Assembly: GCF_009914755.1 (NCBI RefSeq)
Contig: NC_060934.1
Direction: 5' to 3' (one strand)
DNA length: 64,000 nucleotides
Origin: the human T2T-CHM13v2.0 reference genome, Homo sapiens
The notes below the pieces were generated by a model. It searched no databases and was not told the origin of the DNA. It was given only the letters and a program-made list of their open reading frames with translations. The first letter of the stretch is position 1, and every line of letters begins with the position of its first letter. The position numbers and the translations under genes were made by a program. Below are positions 51,227 to 64,000 of this stretch, one piece after another.

Positions 51227-51809
51227 CAGCCCTGCCTTACATCCCCTGTCCACCAAGGTGGCCTTGTCTTTCCAACTGGACAGTAAGCTCCTTAGATGAG
51301 GGCTCATGACTCAGACTTTTAAAAAATCATCCAACCAATCTGGCTTGGAGAATGGGGTGCTGCCTAATATACTTTGATGCTTTCTGAGCTCCTTACCTCT
51401 TGCAGCTGCCTCCATGTAGAAGGCAACTGGATGAATGGAAAAACCCTTTCCTGATACCAAATACCAGTGGCTGAGCTTCCTTTAATGATGAGCAACATCT
51501 TTATTCTCTAAAATGAGACAACCCCACATTCAAATGCCTAGGAGAGGCCACCCCAAACATAAATACACACTAAGGTGTAAATGATCTATGTGAATTTCTT
51601 CCCTGAGTGTGTTTGTGCACTGGGGGTAGGGGTAGGGGATAGGAGACAGCCTGAAGTGTGAGTGGGTACCATGCAGGAGCAGGGCAGAAGAGAAGAAGCC
51701 CCCAGGTTTCAAGCTGAAGGGCAATAATTTGAGCATGAGAACTCTGTTGGACTGGTATGTCTGGATCCACTGCCTGTCAAGAGGGTGGTGGGGAGCGGAG
51801 GGCTGGAAG

Positions 51810-52030
51810 GCACAGGCTCTGGAGTCTGACTCTGGTAGTTCCAGTCTCAGTCCCTGCTTCCTAGCTGTGTGCCCTAAGTTCTAAGCCTCAACTTCTTCAT
51901 CTGTAAAGGGGGGACAATAATAGTACTGAAAACATATGGTTTTCATGAGGATTTGCTGAAATAAAGCCTGTGCTTTGCTTTCACAGTGCCTGGCACATAA
52001 CAGCCCAAGAATTTAGTGATCATCATCATC
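51810..52030 (+). mobile_element. MIR SINE
   Basis: GGCTCTGGAGTCTGAC...CTAGCTGTGTG...TCATCTGTAAAGGGGG...CAGTGCCTGGCACATA. Confidence 0.88.
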
Positions 52031-52101
52031 CACATCTCTAGCTTTGGGAAAAGGATTTGGAGCAAAAAGAAGAGGGATTTTCATACTTTGACCATAAATC
52101 A

Positions 52102-52204
52102 TAGCATTGTCAGATTTAGTAAATGAAAATACAAATACATTTATGTGTTGTTTATCTGAAATTCAAATTTAACTGGGTCTCCTGTACTTAGTATGGCAAC
52201 CCTA
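52102..52204. mobile_element. MER53 hAT element, internally deleted
   Basis: CAGATTTAGTAAATGAAAATACA...TTGTTTATCTGAAATTCAAATTTAACTGGG...GGCAACCCTA. Confidence 0.85.
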
Positions 52205-53149
52205 TTGAGTCTCCCAGAAGCGGGTCTGGATTGCCTCCTCCGTCTTGGTCCCAAACTAGAACAGTTGCAGGGTCAGGGAGGTCTCCAGTGAAGCAGGGTT
52301 GTGGGGGCAAGGAAGCCCTGCACCCTGACTGGCCACTCATCCAGCAGCCTGGAGGCTGAAAGCTCTGAAGGAGGGACGATTCGGGTGAAGGGAGCTGCCC
52401 AGGCAGAGGCTGCGTGTGTGGGGGGGCAGTTGGAGGGGGGGACCCAGCCGTGGTGCAGAAGCTTTGAGCTTAGTGGATGCAGAGGGCGTTGTGAATCAGA
52501 GCACGTTGACTCCAGCGCCTGCCAGCCAGCCGTGGGCAGAGAGTAGCAGCGTGTGTGGATACGTGCAGGAGTGCAGCGGTGGGGACCGCTTCTGTTTTCT
52601 TCTTGAAAGAAGCAGCCTGCGGAGCTCTGAGCGTTCTCACCCCTAATGGGTGGATTGTTCGGCCTCAACTCCAGTTTTCTCCCTTTCTTGTTCTTTTTCT
52701 CTACTCTCTTTCCTCTTTTCTTCCTCCCCTATCATTTTCTTCTCTTCTTTTCACCCTCTCTCTCAGATTCCCTCCACACCAGCCATTCAGGAAGTACCTC
52801 TGTGGGTGGGATTCTGACGCATCCTTAGTTACCTGCTGTTCCATACCCACAGACTCTATTCCCTCCACGTGCCAACTCCCAGGAACCTGCCCAACGTGGC
52901 CAGTTATTGGCAGCAAGTCCTTGAGTCCTCACTGACAAGGAGATGCCCAGGGCAGGTTCTGTGTGACCCATGGGAGATGAGCCCTGGCCCCTTCAGATGG
53001 GCATGCATGCCAAGGAAGTGAGAATGTGCCACCCAGAAGTGCCTGAGGTAGAGTATAGCTCAGAGTGGCCTCTTACTCAGTTAACACCCTGCTGCTCCAC
53101 CTACTTAGGGCACTCACACTTTGGCTCCTGTTCTTGCCTCGGCATATGA

Positions 53150-53850
53150 GGCCCTGCATGACTTGCCCTCTTTAGGCATTCTTGCTTCATTTTCCATCAC
53201 TCCTGTCCTCCCACCTGGAGCTCCAGGTAAATAAAACTGCTTGTAGTTCCAAGAAAGCTCTGTGCCCTTCACACCTCCAGGACTGTGTACCTTCTGTGTC
53301 TCTCCTGACTCAGCAAGATCCAGTCATCCTTCAGTGTTCAGCTCAGATACCTCTTCCTCCAGGAAGCCCTCCTGACAGCCACTGGCCAACTTGGCCTTCA
53401 GGACTCTTACTCTTAAGTTCTGCTTACGTTGCCCATGTTGCCATCCACATTCCACAATGTGTGGACTTGTGGTTGTTTGTTTGCGTGTCTGTCTCTTCAT
53501 GTAGACTGGAAGTTCCATGAATTATATCTTTTAATCATTCATGCCTCAGGGCCTTTGCACAAGCTGTTGGTTCTACTTGGGACACTTTCATCTTCTCACT
53601 GTTCATGAGATCTCAGCTTAAATGTCACCTTTTCAGAGTAGCCCTCCCTGACTCCCCTTACACTGGAAAACTACTTTATTTATATTAGCACCTGTTTTAT
53701 CTCTCAGTGGTTTATTACAACTTGACCTTTTTTTTCATTTTGTCAGTCTTCACCACTGGATGATAACATCTTGCAGGGCAGGTGGCTTATCAGCTGCTTC
53801 ACCATCATATACCCAACACCTGGCCCAGTGCCATTTGCTGATGGGCTGGA
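53150..53850 (+). mobile_element. L2 fragments
   Basis: CCTCCAGGAAGCCCTCCTGAC; GCCTCAGGGCCTTTGCAC; TCTCAGCTTAAATGTCACC. Confidence 0.75.
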
Positions 53851-55796
53851 CAGTGAGGCATGGAGAACAGAAACACCGAAGGCCTAGAGAAAAGGAATTC
53901 CAGCTCGGGATTTTCTGAATTTGCAGACTGATTTCTCTGTAAACCGTACCATCCCATCTTGTCTGTGGCTAACTGGTTAATTCCAGAGCAGGTACTTCCA
54001 TTGTGTAGCATCATCAGCCTCTCTTTTGGCATGCTTTAATCTTAATGTATGTTTATATTTGAAATTCTTCAGTTTGGTTGCTGTCCAACCAACAGGAGGG
54101 GTCATTTTCTGGAAGCATGAGGGATGTTTAAGGGAGAGTGGCTGCAGTGCCTGGGTCGGCTCTGGGTCTGGCTCACTGAGGAATTGAAGTTTCCTTTATC
54201 CCTTGCCTGTAGCTGGGAAGCTGGGAGACTCCCTTATGCATAGATCTGGCCTGCATGGCAGTACCTGCAAAGGCATAATTCTTGGGGTTGAAGCACTTCT
54301 CTGGACCCTGGGACTCCTCAAGGTGGGGGTGTGGGATGTGGATTTGACGGGTCAGTCCTCAGTAACCCATATTCTGCTGCCGTGCTCCTCTCAGGAGTGA
54401 TGACTCAGAAGTCCCCATCTCTGGAGTCTCCCACTGAGCGGTGAAGAATGTCAGTTTGGAAACAGCCTGGAGAGATGATCTTCTCAGAGTCCCATACTTT
54501 ACAGATGAGGAGACCAAGGCTCATGGAGAAGAAATGCTTTGCCCAAAGTCACAGGGTTGAGGCAAGACTGGAACCCAGGTTTCCTACCACTTCACCTGGA
54601 GTGCTTCACCCTCAGGCATAGGCAGACCTTCATGTAATCCAGAATGTAGATTCAGAGGTGTGGGCTTTTGTGTTGCAGGAACCTTTATATTTATATTCAC
54701 TGTACAAACAGAAGCCCTCTTTTTCACTTCCTACTTTTCCCTCCTTGTTCATCATCATGAGAACATTGAGTTGATGAGGACGAGGTCTTGGGTTTCAGGA
54801 TAGTGGACAACAGGCATTCTCCTATGGATCCGTGATCCAAAGAAGGTCTGCTGACCCCTGACTGTGCATCGAGGGACCAGGCAAGATAACTCAATGCTTC
54901 CTTTATGGAAGAGAGCCCCCATGTGTGTTCAGAGCACTTTGTGTTTGGATACAGATTTTACAAAGCTGTTTCTATGTGTTTGACCTTTTGAAGGGTCCAC
55001 TGGAAAACTCTTCTGCAGCTTGGCTTAGTTCAGGTGTGTGATTACAGCTGGCTCAGGCTCAGACCATTGCATACTTTAGGACAGTGTCCAGGGGGATGGG
55101 CTTTGCCAGCACCCGTGGGCAGCTTGTCCTGCAGTGCTGTTGCCCTCCTGACATGCAATAAAAGATGGGGAAGGAAGGATTCCATGGTAACAAGGCTGAA
55201 GAGCTCTAGCACCATGGTGTCATAGCAACCAAATGGAGGAATTCCATCCACATGGTGACAAGGAGACCCCTGGACCTATCAGACTCAGACCAGTCCACTG
55301 CATTAGCAACCAGGCTGGGCACCCTATGATGGGGGTGAGGGTGGGAGGAAAATGAAAAAGACTACAGTGGGAGTATTGGAAGAAGTTGTTTGTGTGGGTT
55401 TAGAAAACTAAAAAACAAAATTATTAAAAGAGACAGAAATAGAGAAGTCTTTGCTGGATTAGCACCAACTAAAGAGAAAAAAAATCAGGCCAAGCTTTAA
55501 ATCACCTCTTCTGGGAAGTGTTTCCGGATTCATTCGCCCAATGTGGGCCATTTAGTTTTCATCTTCCCTGTCTTGTCTGGACCATTTGACCCTGGCTCTG
55601 GGGACGACATTCACTTCCAGTTCTCCTCCTTTGTTTTTCTCTGTTCCTTTTGCTAACTCAAGACATGGAGCAGATGCTAAAATAATAATTGGCTGCCCTG
55701 TCCCTCCCTTACCATCTTATTATGTGGCATGTAATTGTTTATATGTCCATTTTGGTTAATTAAATGAACTATATAATGTGTGTTTGATTTCCTTTT

Positions 55797-56004
55797 TTCT
55801 TTTTGTTTTTTGAGGCAGGGTCTTGCTCTGCCACCCAGGCTGGAGTGCAGTGGTGTGATCATAGCTCACCATAACTTCAAACTCCTGGGCTCAAGTGATC
55901 CTCCCACCTCAGCCTCCTAAGTAGCTAGGACTATAGGTGTGGACCACCACACCTGGCTAATTTTTTGTTATTGTTGAGGTGAGATCTTGCTATGTTGTCC
56001 AAGC
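55797..56004 (-). mobile_element. 5'-truncated AluJ
   Basis: Right arm plus part of left arm; TSD TTGATTTCCTTTT at 55784-55796 and 56005-56017. Confidence 0.93.
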
Positions 56005-56902
56005 TTGATTTCCTTTTATACTTTACCTTCCACCCCAGACAAGGGTCTGTTTTTTTTTACCCTGCAATGTGGACACATACAGGTATTCATGAGCTGATCA
56101 GGACTTGATTTGGGGTTAGGTAACTGTCTATAGGCTCTTGTGGCTGGTGTCTGTCAGCAACCTGGCAGCCTTTCTGAGATGGGATCATCTCAACAAGGAT
56201 CTGGGGAAGGGATTGAGCCTTTTTCCTCCTTCCTTCTCAGTTGGGGAAGGGGAGTGGGGATGCAGAGTGTGGGAGGCCTTGGGGAGAAATAACAGAGGGA
56301 AGAATGGATGAGGGAGATCTGTGCCTGCAGCAGCAGAGGAAAGAAACTGACTGTCAGCCTTCTCGTCATGTGTCTGTGCCACAGTGCCTCAGTGGTCAAG
56401 GGCAGCTTTAGATGCAGAATGTCTCTGAGGCTTTGGGGCACAAGATGGACTGAGTTTTCTGTATGTACACAATCAGTTCCTACAAAGTTGGACCATGGCT
56501 TATATTACTTTCAATGGCAAAAACTGCAATTACTCTTGCACCAACCTAATACTTCTCTGTTCTCCATGGTGCCTGCACTGGGATGGGCATACAGTGGGTG
56601 CTCCATATTTGTTGAATGAGTCATCATTCTTGTCTTTGTCCAGCTTACACTCTAACTGGGAAAATGAAACATTTCTCCAAGGATCACCAAACTTCAGAGA
56701 CATTAATAGACTACACATTTTCAAGTGTTAAATAAGAATTTGTTGACCATTGAGTAAATATTTGGCAGTAGGGCTTGGGGTTGGGGAAGTTCAGAAACAA
56801 TTCATGGTAGCCAAGTCTGGTGGTCTAGGCTATAAAGAAAAAGCATGTCTCTCTTCTCTAAGCAGGGCTGTCATTGCAACCCAGTGAGAAAACTCTGTAT
56901 CT

Positions 56903-57078
56903 CTGGGGGCCTCAAACTTCAGTTGAATCAGAATCATCTGGAAATCTGTTTAAATCTGCAGCTGCTGAGGGCTGGCCCAAAGATCTGATTCAGCAGTCCT
57001 GGGAATCTGCATTTTTAACAAGCTACCCATTTACTTTTGATGGGAGTCCGTTGGGGACTATACACTTAGAAACACTAG
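56903..57078. mobile_element. MER5 hAT-Charlie element
   Basis: CTCAAACTT...ATCAGAATCATCTGG...GGAATCTGCATTTTTAACAAG...CACTTAGAAACACT. Confidence 0.85.
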
Positions 57079-57599
57079 TCTACCCCAGGGGCATTCCTCA
57101 TACAGTGAAGCCTCTTTGAGCCACATAAGCTTCAGGGATTGCAATTCTTAGGGGATTCACAAATAGTTTTAATAGCAGTAAGGTAGCCTCTGTGGGGCTG
57201 GCAGATCCAGGAACCTTGCTTTCCCCAGCAGAGGAGAAAGCATCAATCTAGTCTTTTGTTATCCTTCACTTGTGCAGCCAGGAGACAGATTGGCTGAGCT
57301 CCAGTGTATGGAATGGAAAGTGAGGATGCCCTCACGGATGTGTGAGGTTTACACACAGGTGATGAGGGTGAGCTGGCATTTCAGCAAGCCACACCATGGG
57401 AGCTGTGAAATGCACCAGAGGATAGAGAGTATCCGAGAGATGACTTGCCATGTTAGGGGATGTCTTTAAAGACAGAAAAGCAAAACTATTTATAAGCCAA
57501 CATACTTTGCAGAGAATTCAGAAAAACCCAACCAATATACTGCACTTTCTTTCATTCTGACTTTTCCTGCTGCATTTTGGCTCTTGGGTGGGTGTTGAG

Positions 57600-57820
57600 G
57601 ATTATGACCGCAACCTTGACAGTAATAACCCAGAGCTGACTCCATACGGACACAGTGCTAAGCCCTGAATACTCCTTGTCTCATCTAATCTTCGCAATGA
57701 CCCTGTGATGTCTGTGTACCACCACTCTCCATTTAACAATTGAGGAAACTGAGGCTTCAGGAATAACAGGTCCAGGGATCTATAGCTGGTAATTGATGGA
57801 TCCAAGATTTGCTGTCAGTC
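57600..57820 (-). mobile_element. MIR SINE
   Basis: CCATTTAACAATTGAGGAAACTGAGGCT. Confidence 0.8.
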
Positions 57821-58369
57821 CCTAGGTTGGAAACATTATCCAAGGAGGAGATTCTTTTATTTACCTTTCTTCTCTCTCTCTTGTTCTCTTCCCCCATGTG
57901 CCAAAATGTGCATTCCTCTCCCATCCAATTTATCCTATATAGCTTCTATTTTTGGTAATTTATTATAGGACATGGGGAGTGGAAATGTAATAGAAAATAG
58001 ATTTTTTTAAAGCATCCATTTGAAACCAAACCTCTCTTCAGCAAGACACACAGGATGAGTACAGGTTTCTACGCAGGACACTTGATAGCTGAAATCATTA
58101 CAGAAAAACAGAGCCTTGATTTGCGTAGTTGTTAGCAAAGCCCCTCTCCTGTGATTGTGACAGATGTCTTCTGCTTGATAGATTGCTTTCCACGTTAGAT
58201 TCAAGGATTCTTTTCTCCCCTTCTTCTTGGTGGGCAGAGGGACATGCTTACCAACATAAAATTCAGCCCAAGTTTTAAAGGTGAGATGCAGAGCCAGAAA
58301 CTGCCCTTCTCTGAGACAGGCCCCTGAGTGAGCTGTTGTTGGTTTGGGGAAGTGACAGGGTATTAGGGA

Positions 58370-58985
58370 AGGAGCTTTGGAAGCAGATGGTTCAAATCCT
58401 ACCTCTCCAGCTCACCTTGGACCAGTTACTTTATTTCTCTCAGTTGCTGTGTCCTGATTCCTAGAACATGGATATTAGGGTTTTGAAGGTAGTGGATGCT
58501 GAGGTACATCCCCAGGATCCCTTCCTCAGGACAAGCCTTCATTCCCCAGCTGCTTTAAGTATTGGCAGCTAAGCTTCTCCCTAGGAACTGCACTCAGATA
58601 TAAAGGATTGCATAGCTCAAAGTTATCCCACTCCCTGGGGGCAGCCTGTGTCCATGTCAAGGGTGAAAAGGCCTGGCCATCTTGTCTCAAGGAAGGATGG
58701 ATGCAGAGCTCCCCATAGGTGGGCATGTGCCTCTGTTATGGCTGCAGTATAGCTTAACTCCTGCCTAGCCTTCATTCCCACACAGGAGTTTGTCCTTCAG
58801 ATACTCCCACACTAATTTACCTCCTACATGCACATTTCTGTCTCAGAGTCCTGCATATGCAACTGAAGACACCTCACTTACAGGGTTTTGTGATGATTAT
58901 ATGAGATTATTGATATAAGTGCCTACTCTAGGTCTTGGAAAACAGTAGGTCCTCTGAAAATGTAGGCTGTATTTTATTAGTTTTA
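58370..58985 (+). mobile_element. MIR split by LTR16 insertion
   Basis: MIR 5' half 58370-58485 and 3' half 58871-58985. Confidence 0.7.
58488..58870 (+). mobile_element. LTR16-family (ERVL) solo LTR
   Basis: Starts GTAGTGGATGCTG..GGATCCC..TCAGG, ends TCTGTCTCAGAGTC...AAGACA. Confidence 0.75.
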
Positions 58986-59479
58986 AAATTTCCTAGAAAC
59001 TCTTAGACCAAACAGCTTTTCTGTATTTTGGAAAAGTATTGAGTATGCAGTCATGATCAGGGCTCGATAAATTTCAGCGAAAATAGGAATCCTTTGGAGC
59101 TATGAAGGAAGCCCTCGTGTCGATTCATGTCAAACTTCATTATCAGAAGTGGTTTGGGACAGTCAGATCAGCTTTGTGTAATGGAATTTTATTGTGGTGA
59201 TTTTTTTCTATTTTACAAGAAATCATATACTCTCTGAAGGAGAATCTTCCCAGAGATATTTTCACTTATAGGAAGAGATTAAGCAAACTAAATCTTTTAG
59301 TGAGGAATTAATGGGGAGAAGAAGTGTTGTAAATCCAGTAGCTGGGAGGGGTGTGTGTGTGTCCCTAAGGATGTATTGGTGGTTTGTTATTTGCTGGGGG
59401 GTTAGGAAACTTAGTCGATGGTTACCAGTGGGAATGGTCAGGATATTGGAGGCTCTGTGGAGGGAAGAGGATCTAGTAT

Positions 59480-59900
59480 ACCATTTAAAAAGAACATTTC
59501 TTGTAGGTGGTTATAAAAGAAGTAGAAAAGAAATGGGAAGAAATGCACATATTACTGAAATGGATAAGTTAAAAAAATGAAAGACCATTCTTTATCCCTG
59601 CCTCCCAACATGAGTTCCATTCCTCAGAGGTAACCACCCTCACAAGTTTAGTCCTTATCTCCCTCAGCTTTCCTCTCTACATGTGTGATCATATGCATGC
59701 AAATTTGTAATATGGGTATGTACATATTATCTTTTTGAAAATAAATGGGTTCCATCATGCATTCTACTGTGTAATTTGCTTTTTTTTCCACTCACTGTAT
59801 TGGATATTTTTCTAGATCCGTATATATAGATCGACTTCATCCTTTTTAATATTTGTGCATAATACTCCATTAAATAGCTGCACTAAAATTTATTTAAAAT
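59480..59900 (-). mobile_element. Old L1 (L1ME-like) 3' fragment; resumes ~61340-61440
   Basis: CAGAGGTAACCAC, TGTAATTTGCTTTTTTTCCACTCA, GTTGTTTCTAG...GTAAACAATGCTGCA. Confidence 0.65.
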
Positions 59901-59904
59901 GACC

Positions 59905-61337
59905 ACCATTGCATTAATTCACAATAGTCAAAATATTGAAACAGCTTAAGTGTCCAATGGTGGCTGAATGGATAAAGAAATTGTGATGTATATATATAAT
60001 ATATATATTATATACACATATAATATATATAATATGTATTATATACACACATATAATATATATAATATATATCATATACACATATAATATATAATATATA
60101 TCATATACACATATAATATATAATATATATCATATACACATATTATATATAATATATATCATATACACATATTATATATAATATATATACACATATAATA
60201 TATAATATATATCATATACACATATAATATATAATATATATCATATACACATATATAATATATATCATATACACATATAATATATGATATATATCATATA
60301 CACATATAATATATGATATATATCATATACACATATAATATATGATATATATCATATACACATATAATATATGATATATATCATATACACATATAATATA
60401 TGATATATATCATATACACATATAATATATGATATATATCATATACACATATAATATATGATATATATCATATACACATATAATATATATAATATATATC
60501 ATATATAGTATATAATATATATTATATAATATATAATATATAATATACAATATACAATATATATAATATATAATATAGAATATATATAATATATAATATA
60601 TAATATAGAATATATAATATATAGAATATAGAATATATAATATATAGAATATATAATATATAATATATAATATATAATATATATAATATATAATATATAA
60701 TATAGAATATATATTATATACATATATAATATAGAATATATAATATACGTATATATAATATATAATATATATTATATATACGTATATATTATATATAATA
60801 TATATTATATACGTATATATTATATATAATATATATTATATACGTATATATAATATATAATATATATTATATACGTATATATAATATATAACATATATAA
60901 TATATAATATATATTATATACGTATATATAATATATATAATATATATATATAATGGAATATTATTCAGCCATAAAATGGAAGGAAATCCTGCTATTTGTG
61001 ACAACATGGATAACCTGGAGGACATTATGCCAAGTGAAATAAGCCGGACACAGAAAGACAAATACTGCATAATCTCACTTACATGTGGAATCTAAAAAAG
61101 TTGAACTCATAGAAGCAGGGAGTACCAGGGACTGGCGGGTGGAGGATATGGCGATACGTTGTACAATGGATACAAAATTTCAGTTATAAGCTGAACCAGT
61201 TCTGGGGATCTAATGTCCAGCATGGGTGGTGATGGATGTATTAATTTGATTTTGGTAATCATCACATTGAACACCTTGAAAATATTCAATTTTTGTTTGA
61301 CAAGTATTTTAAAATAAATAGATGAATAAATAAATAA
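59905..61337 (+). mobile_element. L1MA-type 3' end containing expanded TA-rich VNTR
   Basis: GAATGGATAAAGAAATTGTG|TA-array|ATGGAATATTATTCAGCCATAAAA...GACAAATACTGCAT...(TAAA)n tail. Confidence 0.9.
59989..60952. repeat. TA-rich compound minisatellite/VNTR (~960 bp)
   Basis: 29-bp unit TCATATACACATATAATATATGATATATA tandemly repeated (starts 60265, 60294, 60323...), then AATATAT/AATATAG and TACGTATA-containing domains. Confidence 0.97.
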
Positions 61338-64000
61338 ACGATCCCTGATAGATATCCATGTTGTTTCTAGCTGTTTGATGTTGTAAACAATGCTGCAAGT
61401 GAATATCCTTGTTCACACATCCGTGATACCATTTAAACATATGACCGTGACTTCCATAGGGTTGGATGCACAGTAGGTGTGGAGTCAATAATTGTTAAAT
61501 TGGATTGAAGGCTATGTGCATGCAGCTTGCTGAGAGACCAAAGGGGCATAGCTCTGCTTAGCACACCACTAGAGGCTGATTTTTCAGGAGAGATTGGCTA
61601 TCATGTAGATTTGGACGAGGAAAGGGTCTGGTGCACTGAAGTTCTCCTGGGCGAGAAATTGCTTAGGTCTGATGGTGTATTTACTGGGTCTTCTTGTCAT
61701 TCTTCATGTCACAGAAAACCTTTTCTTTACATCAAAGTTAGCCTGTGCACTGATGCTAGGAGAGTTGGTGTTTTCTTCCTTTGTAGTTTTGGGGCATGGG
61801 CTTTGATCTGAGTGCATTTATGGATGATCACAGGGCTGTCACCCAAGCCTGTTAAAATGTTCACAGGTGCTTCTGGCTTTACATGACAAGGGGGCCTATT
61901 CAAAGATAACAGTTGGCCGGTGCTGAGCCTCCAACATGTAAATAAGCATTGAATGTGATCACTTACGAATAGTTAATTTTATGTTGCATCCAGAACATGC
62001 TCTATAACATAGTAGTTGATCCACAGACCCATTAATGCATCTAAGTGAGGGGTCTGGTTTAATGAGGCTATTCAGCATATTCATGGTCCTGCCTCTGGTT
62101 TAATTCTGTCACTCAGGAATCCAAGCAAGCCCAGCACCATGGATGCTGCCTGCACCTGTTGTGCTTTATCAAAGAGTGACTTTTAAGTTTTTTGTACTAT
62201 ATTACCAAATGTTCAGAGAAGGAAGTTTTCATGAGGGCCGTGAAATAATTGGAACAACTCTTTCTAGGAAGTCATGGACCATGTGAGTTCATTCTGTAGC
62301 ATTCTTATTTTTTCAAAGCACTCTGTCATTTCTTTTGTATTGCATTCTTGTGAAGTAAGGAAGGCAGGCATTCCCAGCCCCATTTTACAGATGTGGAATC
62401 TGAGAGTCTGAGTTTAGTGGCTTGTACAGAGTCACATGGGCCCTGAGACCCAAGGCCTGAGACCCAAGCCCTGATTTCCTGTTTTGTGGTCATTGCACTC
62501 TTTTTTGCAAATAACAACTCAATGGACATGTCAAAGTGGTGTACACAAAGACTGAGTACACTTACATATAGCACACTGAGCACACAATGAGTTTAATATG
62601 TGCAAATTCCTGAGTAAGAGTTGTTAGGATTTAGTTTTGATTTGATACTCAACAGCCCCTCTTTACTGCCACACCCGTGTTTCAACCTGTTGCTGACCAT
62701 TCTCTTTAACAGAGGCACACACACACAAATATGCATTTAAGGATGATCACACTGCTCCCACAAATTAAATAAAAAGTTATTTTGGAAGAAAGACGGATGA
62801 TGTCATTCATAATTAGACCCATTATTGAACAAATGGCTATCCTGTGTAACTCTAGGCTGGACATAGAGAAGGCCAGAACTTTGCAAAAGAATTGTCCCTA
62901 CCCTGAGAGGCTGGCATTGTAGTTGGGGAGATGAGAAGATGCAATTAGATAACACAGGGAAGTGTGTAATCAGTTGTCCATCATGAGCTATGAAAACCTT
63001 TATTTCCCTAGGATTTTGGGGAAAGTAGGGTCACTGTGGGATGGAGGAGTCAAGGAAGCAGCATGGGTCCTTAAATTCTCGTAACAAAGGATCTTAGGTG
63101 CTAGGTGGAATTTGGATGAAGGGAATGGGAAAAGGAAGACGATTCTATCACACTATAAGCTCCAAAAATTTGGGGTTCAGAGAGGAAACATCAGATAGCT
63201 GTAAAGAGAAGGGATCCATCGTCTTCTGATTATATTTGTTAGTTTCCAGAGGAACTTACAGAGTGCCCAAATCACTGATTCCTGGGACGTTTTGCAAATA
63301 AAAGTCCCAAGGGTTTAGGTATAAAAGGATAAAAGCCTGGACCACCAAATGTCTTGCAGACTCAATACTTTGGACTTTAGCTGTGGGTGTCCCAGATTTC
63401 CTAGTTGTCATTGCTATGTCATCACCATCATCATTATCCACATGTGACATGTTTGCAGAGCTCTTGATGGGGGAGGTTCTGTGGTATTAGAAAACTTGTT
63501 TCCCTGGAGTCTCCTTAAGAATATAAAACTGACCCTAAATATGAATCAGTATTTTACCAAGTAATTGCCAAACAGCAAACAAGTATGAGCTCAGAGGGAA
63601 GAGTTAACTTTGGGCTAAGATATCTAGGATGGTTTCAAAGATGAGATGGGACCCAACTGGCTCTTGACAAGTATGTGGGCTCAGCGTGTTAGATGAATGA
63701 GTAGAAGATGAATGGCAAGACCATTGCAGATCTTTGAAAAGACCTTAGAAAACTACCTTTGGAGATGTGTGGAAGTAGGAATATGATGGCATGTTTGGGA
63801 AAGAGTAGACCAGCTTTTTTGAAGAGCCGGGTCCTTGTGGGATATTAGGTAAAAGGAGGAGAAAGGGGCTATGATATGGGGTCTTTAATGTCAGTTTGAA
63901 ATGTCTAAGAATTTAGATACAAAGTATTATAAAACCACAAAGGTAATCAGGAAATTCTAGATTGTTGGAAAATCATAGGAGCTAATAGATTTTTTAAAAT

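Noticed and set aside
50831-51309. His/Pro/Ser/Ile-rich ORFs
   Set aside because: Translations of the (CCAT)n simple repeat
60265-60495. 29-bp periodic repeat superficially like a CRISPR array
   Set aside because: Head-to-tail tandem units with no unique spacers; eukaryotic VNTR
62131-62151. RE1/REST-like CCCAGCACCATGGATGCTGCC (also CAGCACCAGGGACCAG at ~15889)
   Set aside because: Right half-site GGACAG is mismatched, and the second copy lies in an LTR16; unsupported without ChIP data

Overview
Human (primate) genomic DNA, not microbial. The window holds the promoter/CpG island and first coding exon of SORCS3 (VPS10-domain receptor). CDS 5403-6029 is 209 codons covering the signal peptide, the propeptide with furin site RRSRR and the start of the VPS10 region. 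It is followed by about 58 kb of the very long first intron; I see no exon 2. The rest is typical mammalian repeat landscape (Alu, L1, L2, MIR, MaLR/ERVL LTRs, hAT MERs, microsatellites and a ~1 kb TA-rich VNTR). Apart from exon 1, the ORF track looks like noise or decayed L1 ORF2. The most unusual structure is a ~120-nt non-Alu inverted repeat in intron 1 (45252-45376 pairing with 46225-46345). Its mismatches are mostly G-U on the sense strand, it has A:C mismatches in ADAR-preferred context, it covers a strong cryptic 3' splice site, and it abuts an orphan CpG-rich NRF1-motif element. Repeat subfamily names and boundaries were assigned by eye from remembered consensus sequences and are approximate.
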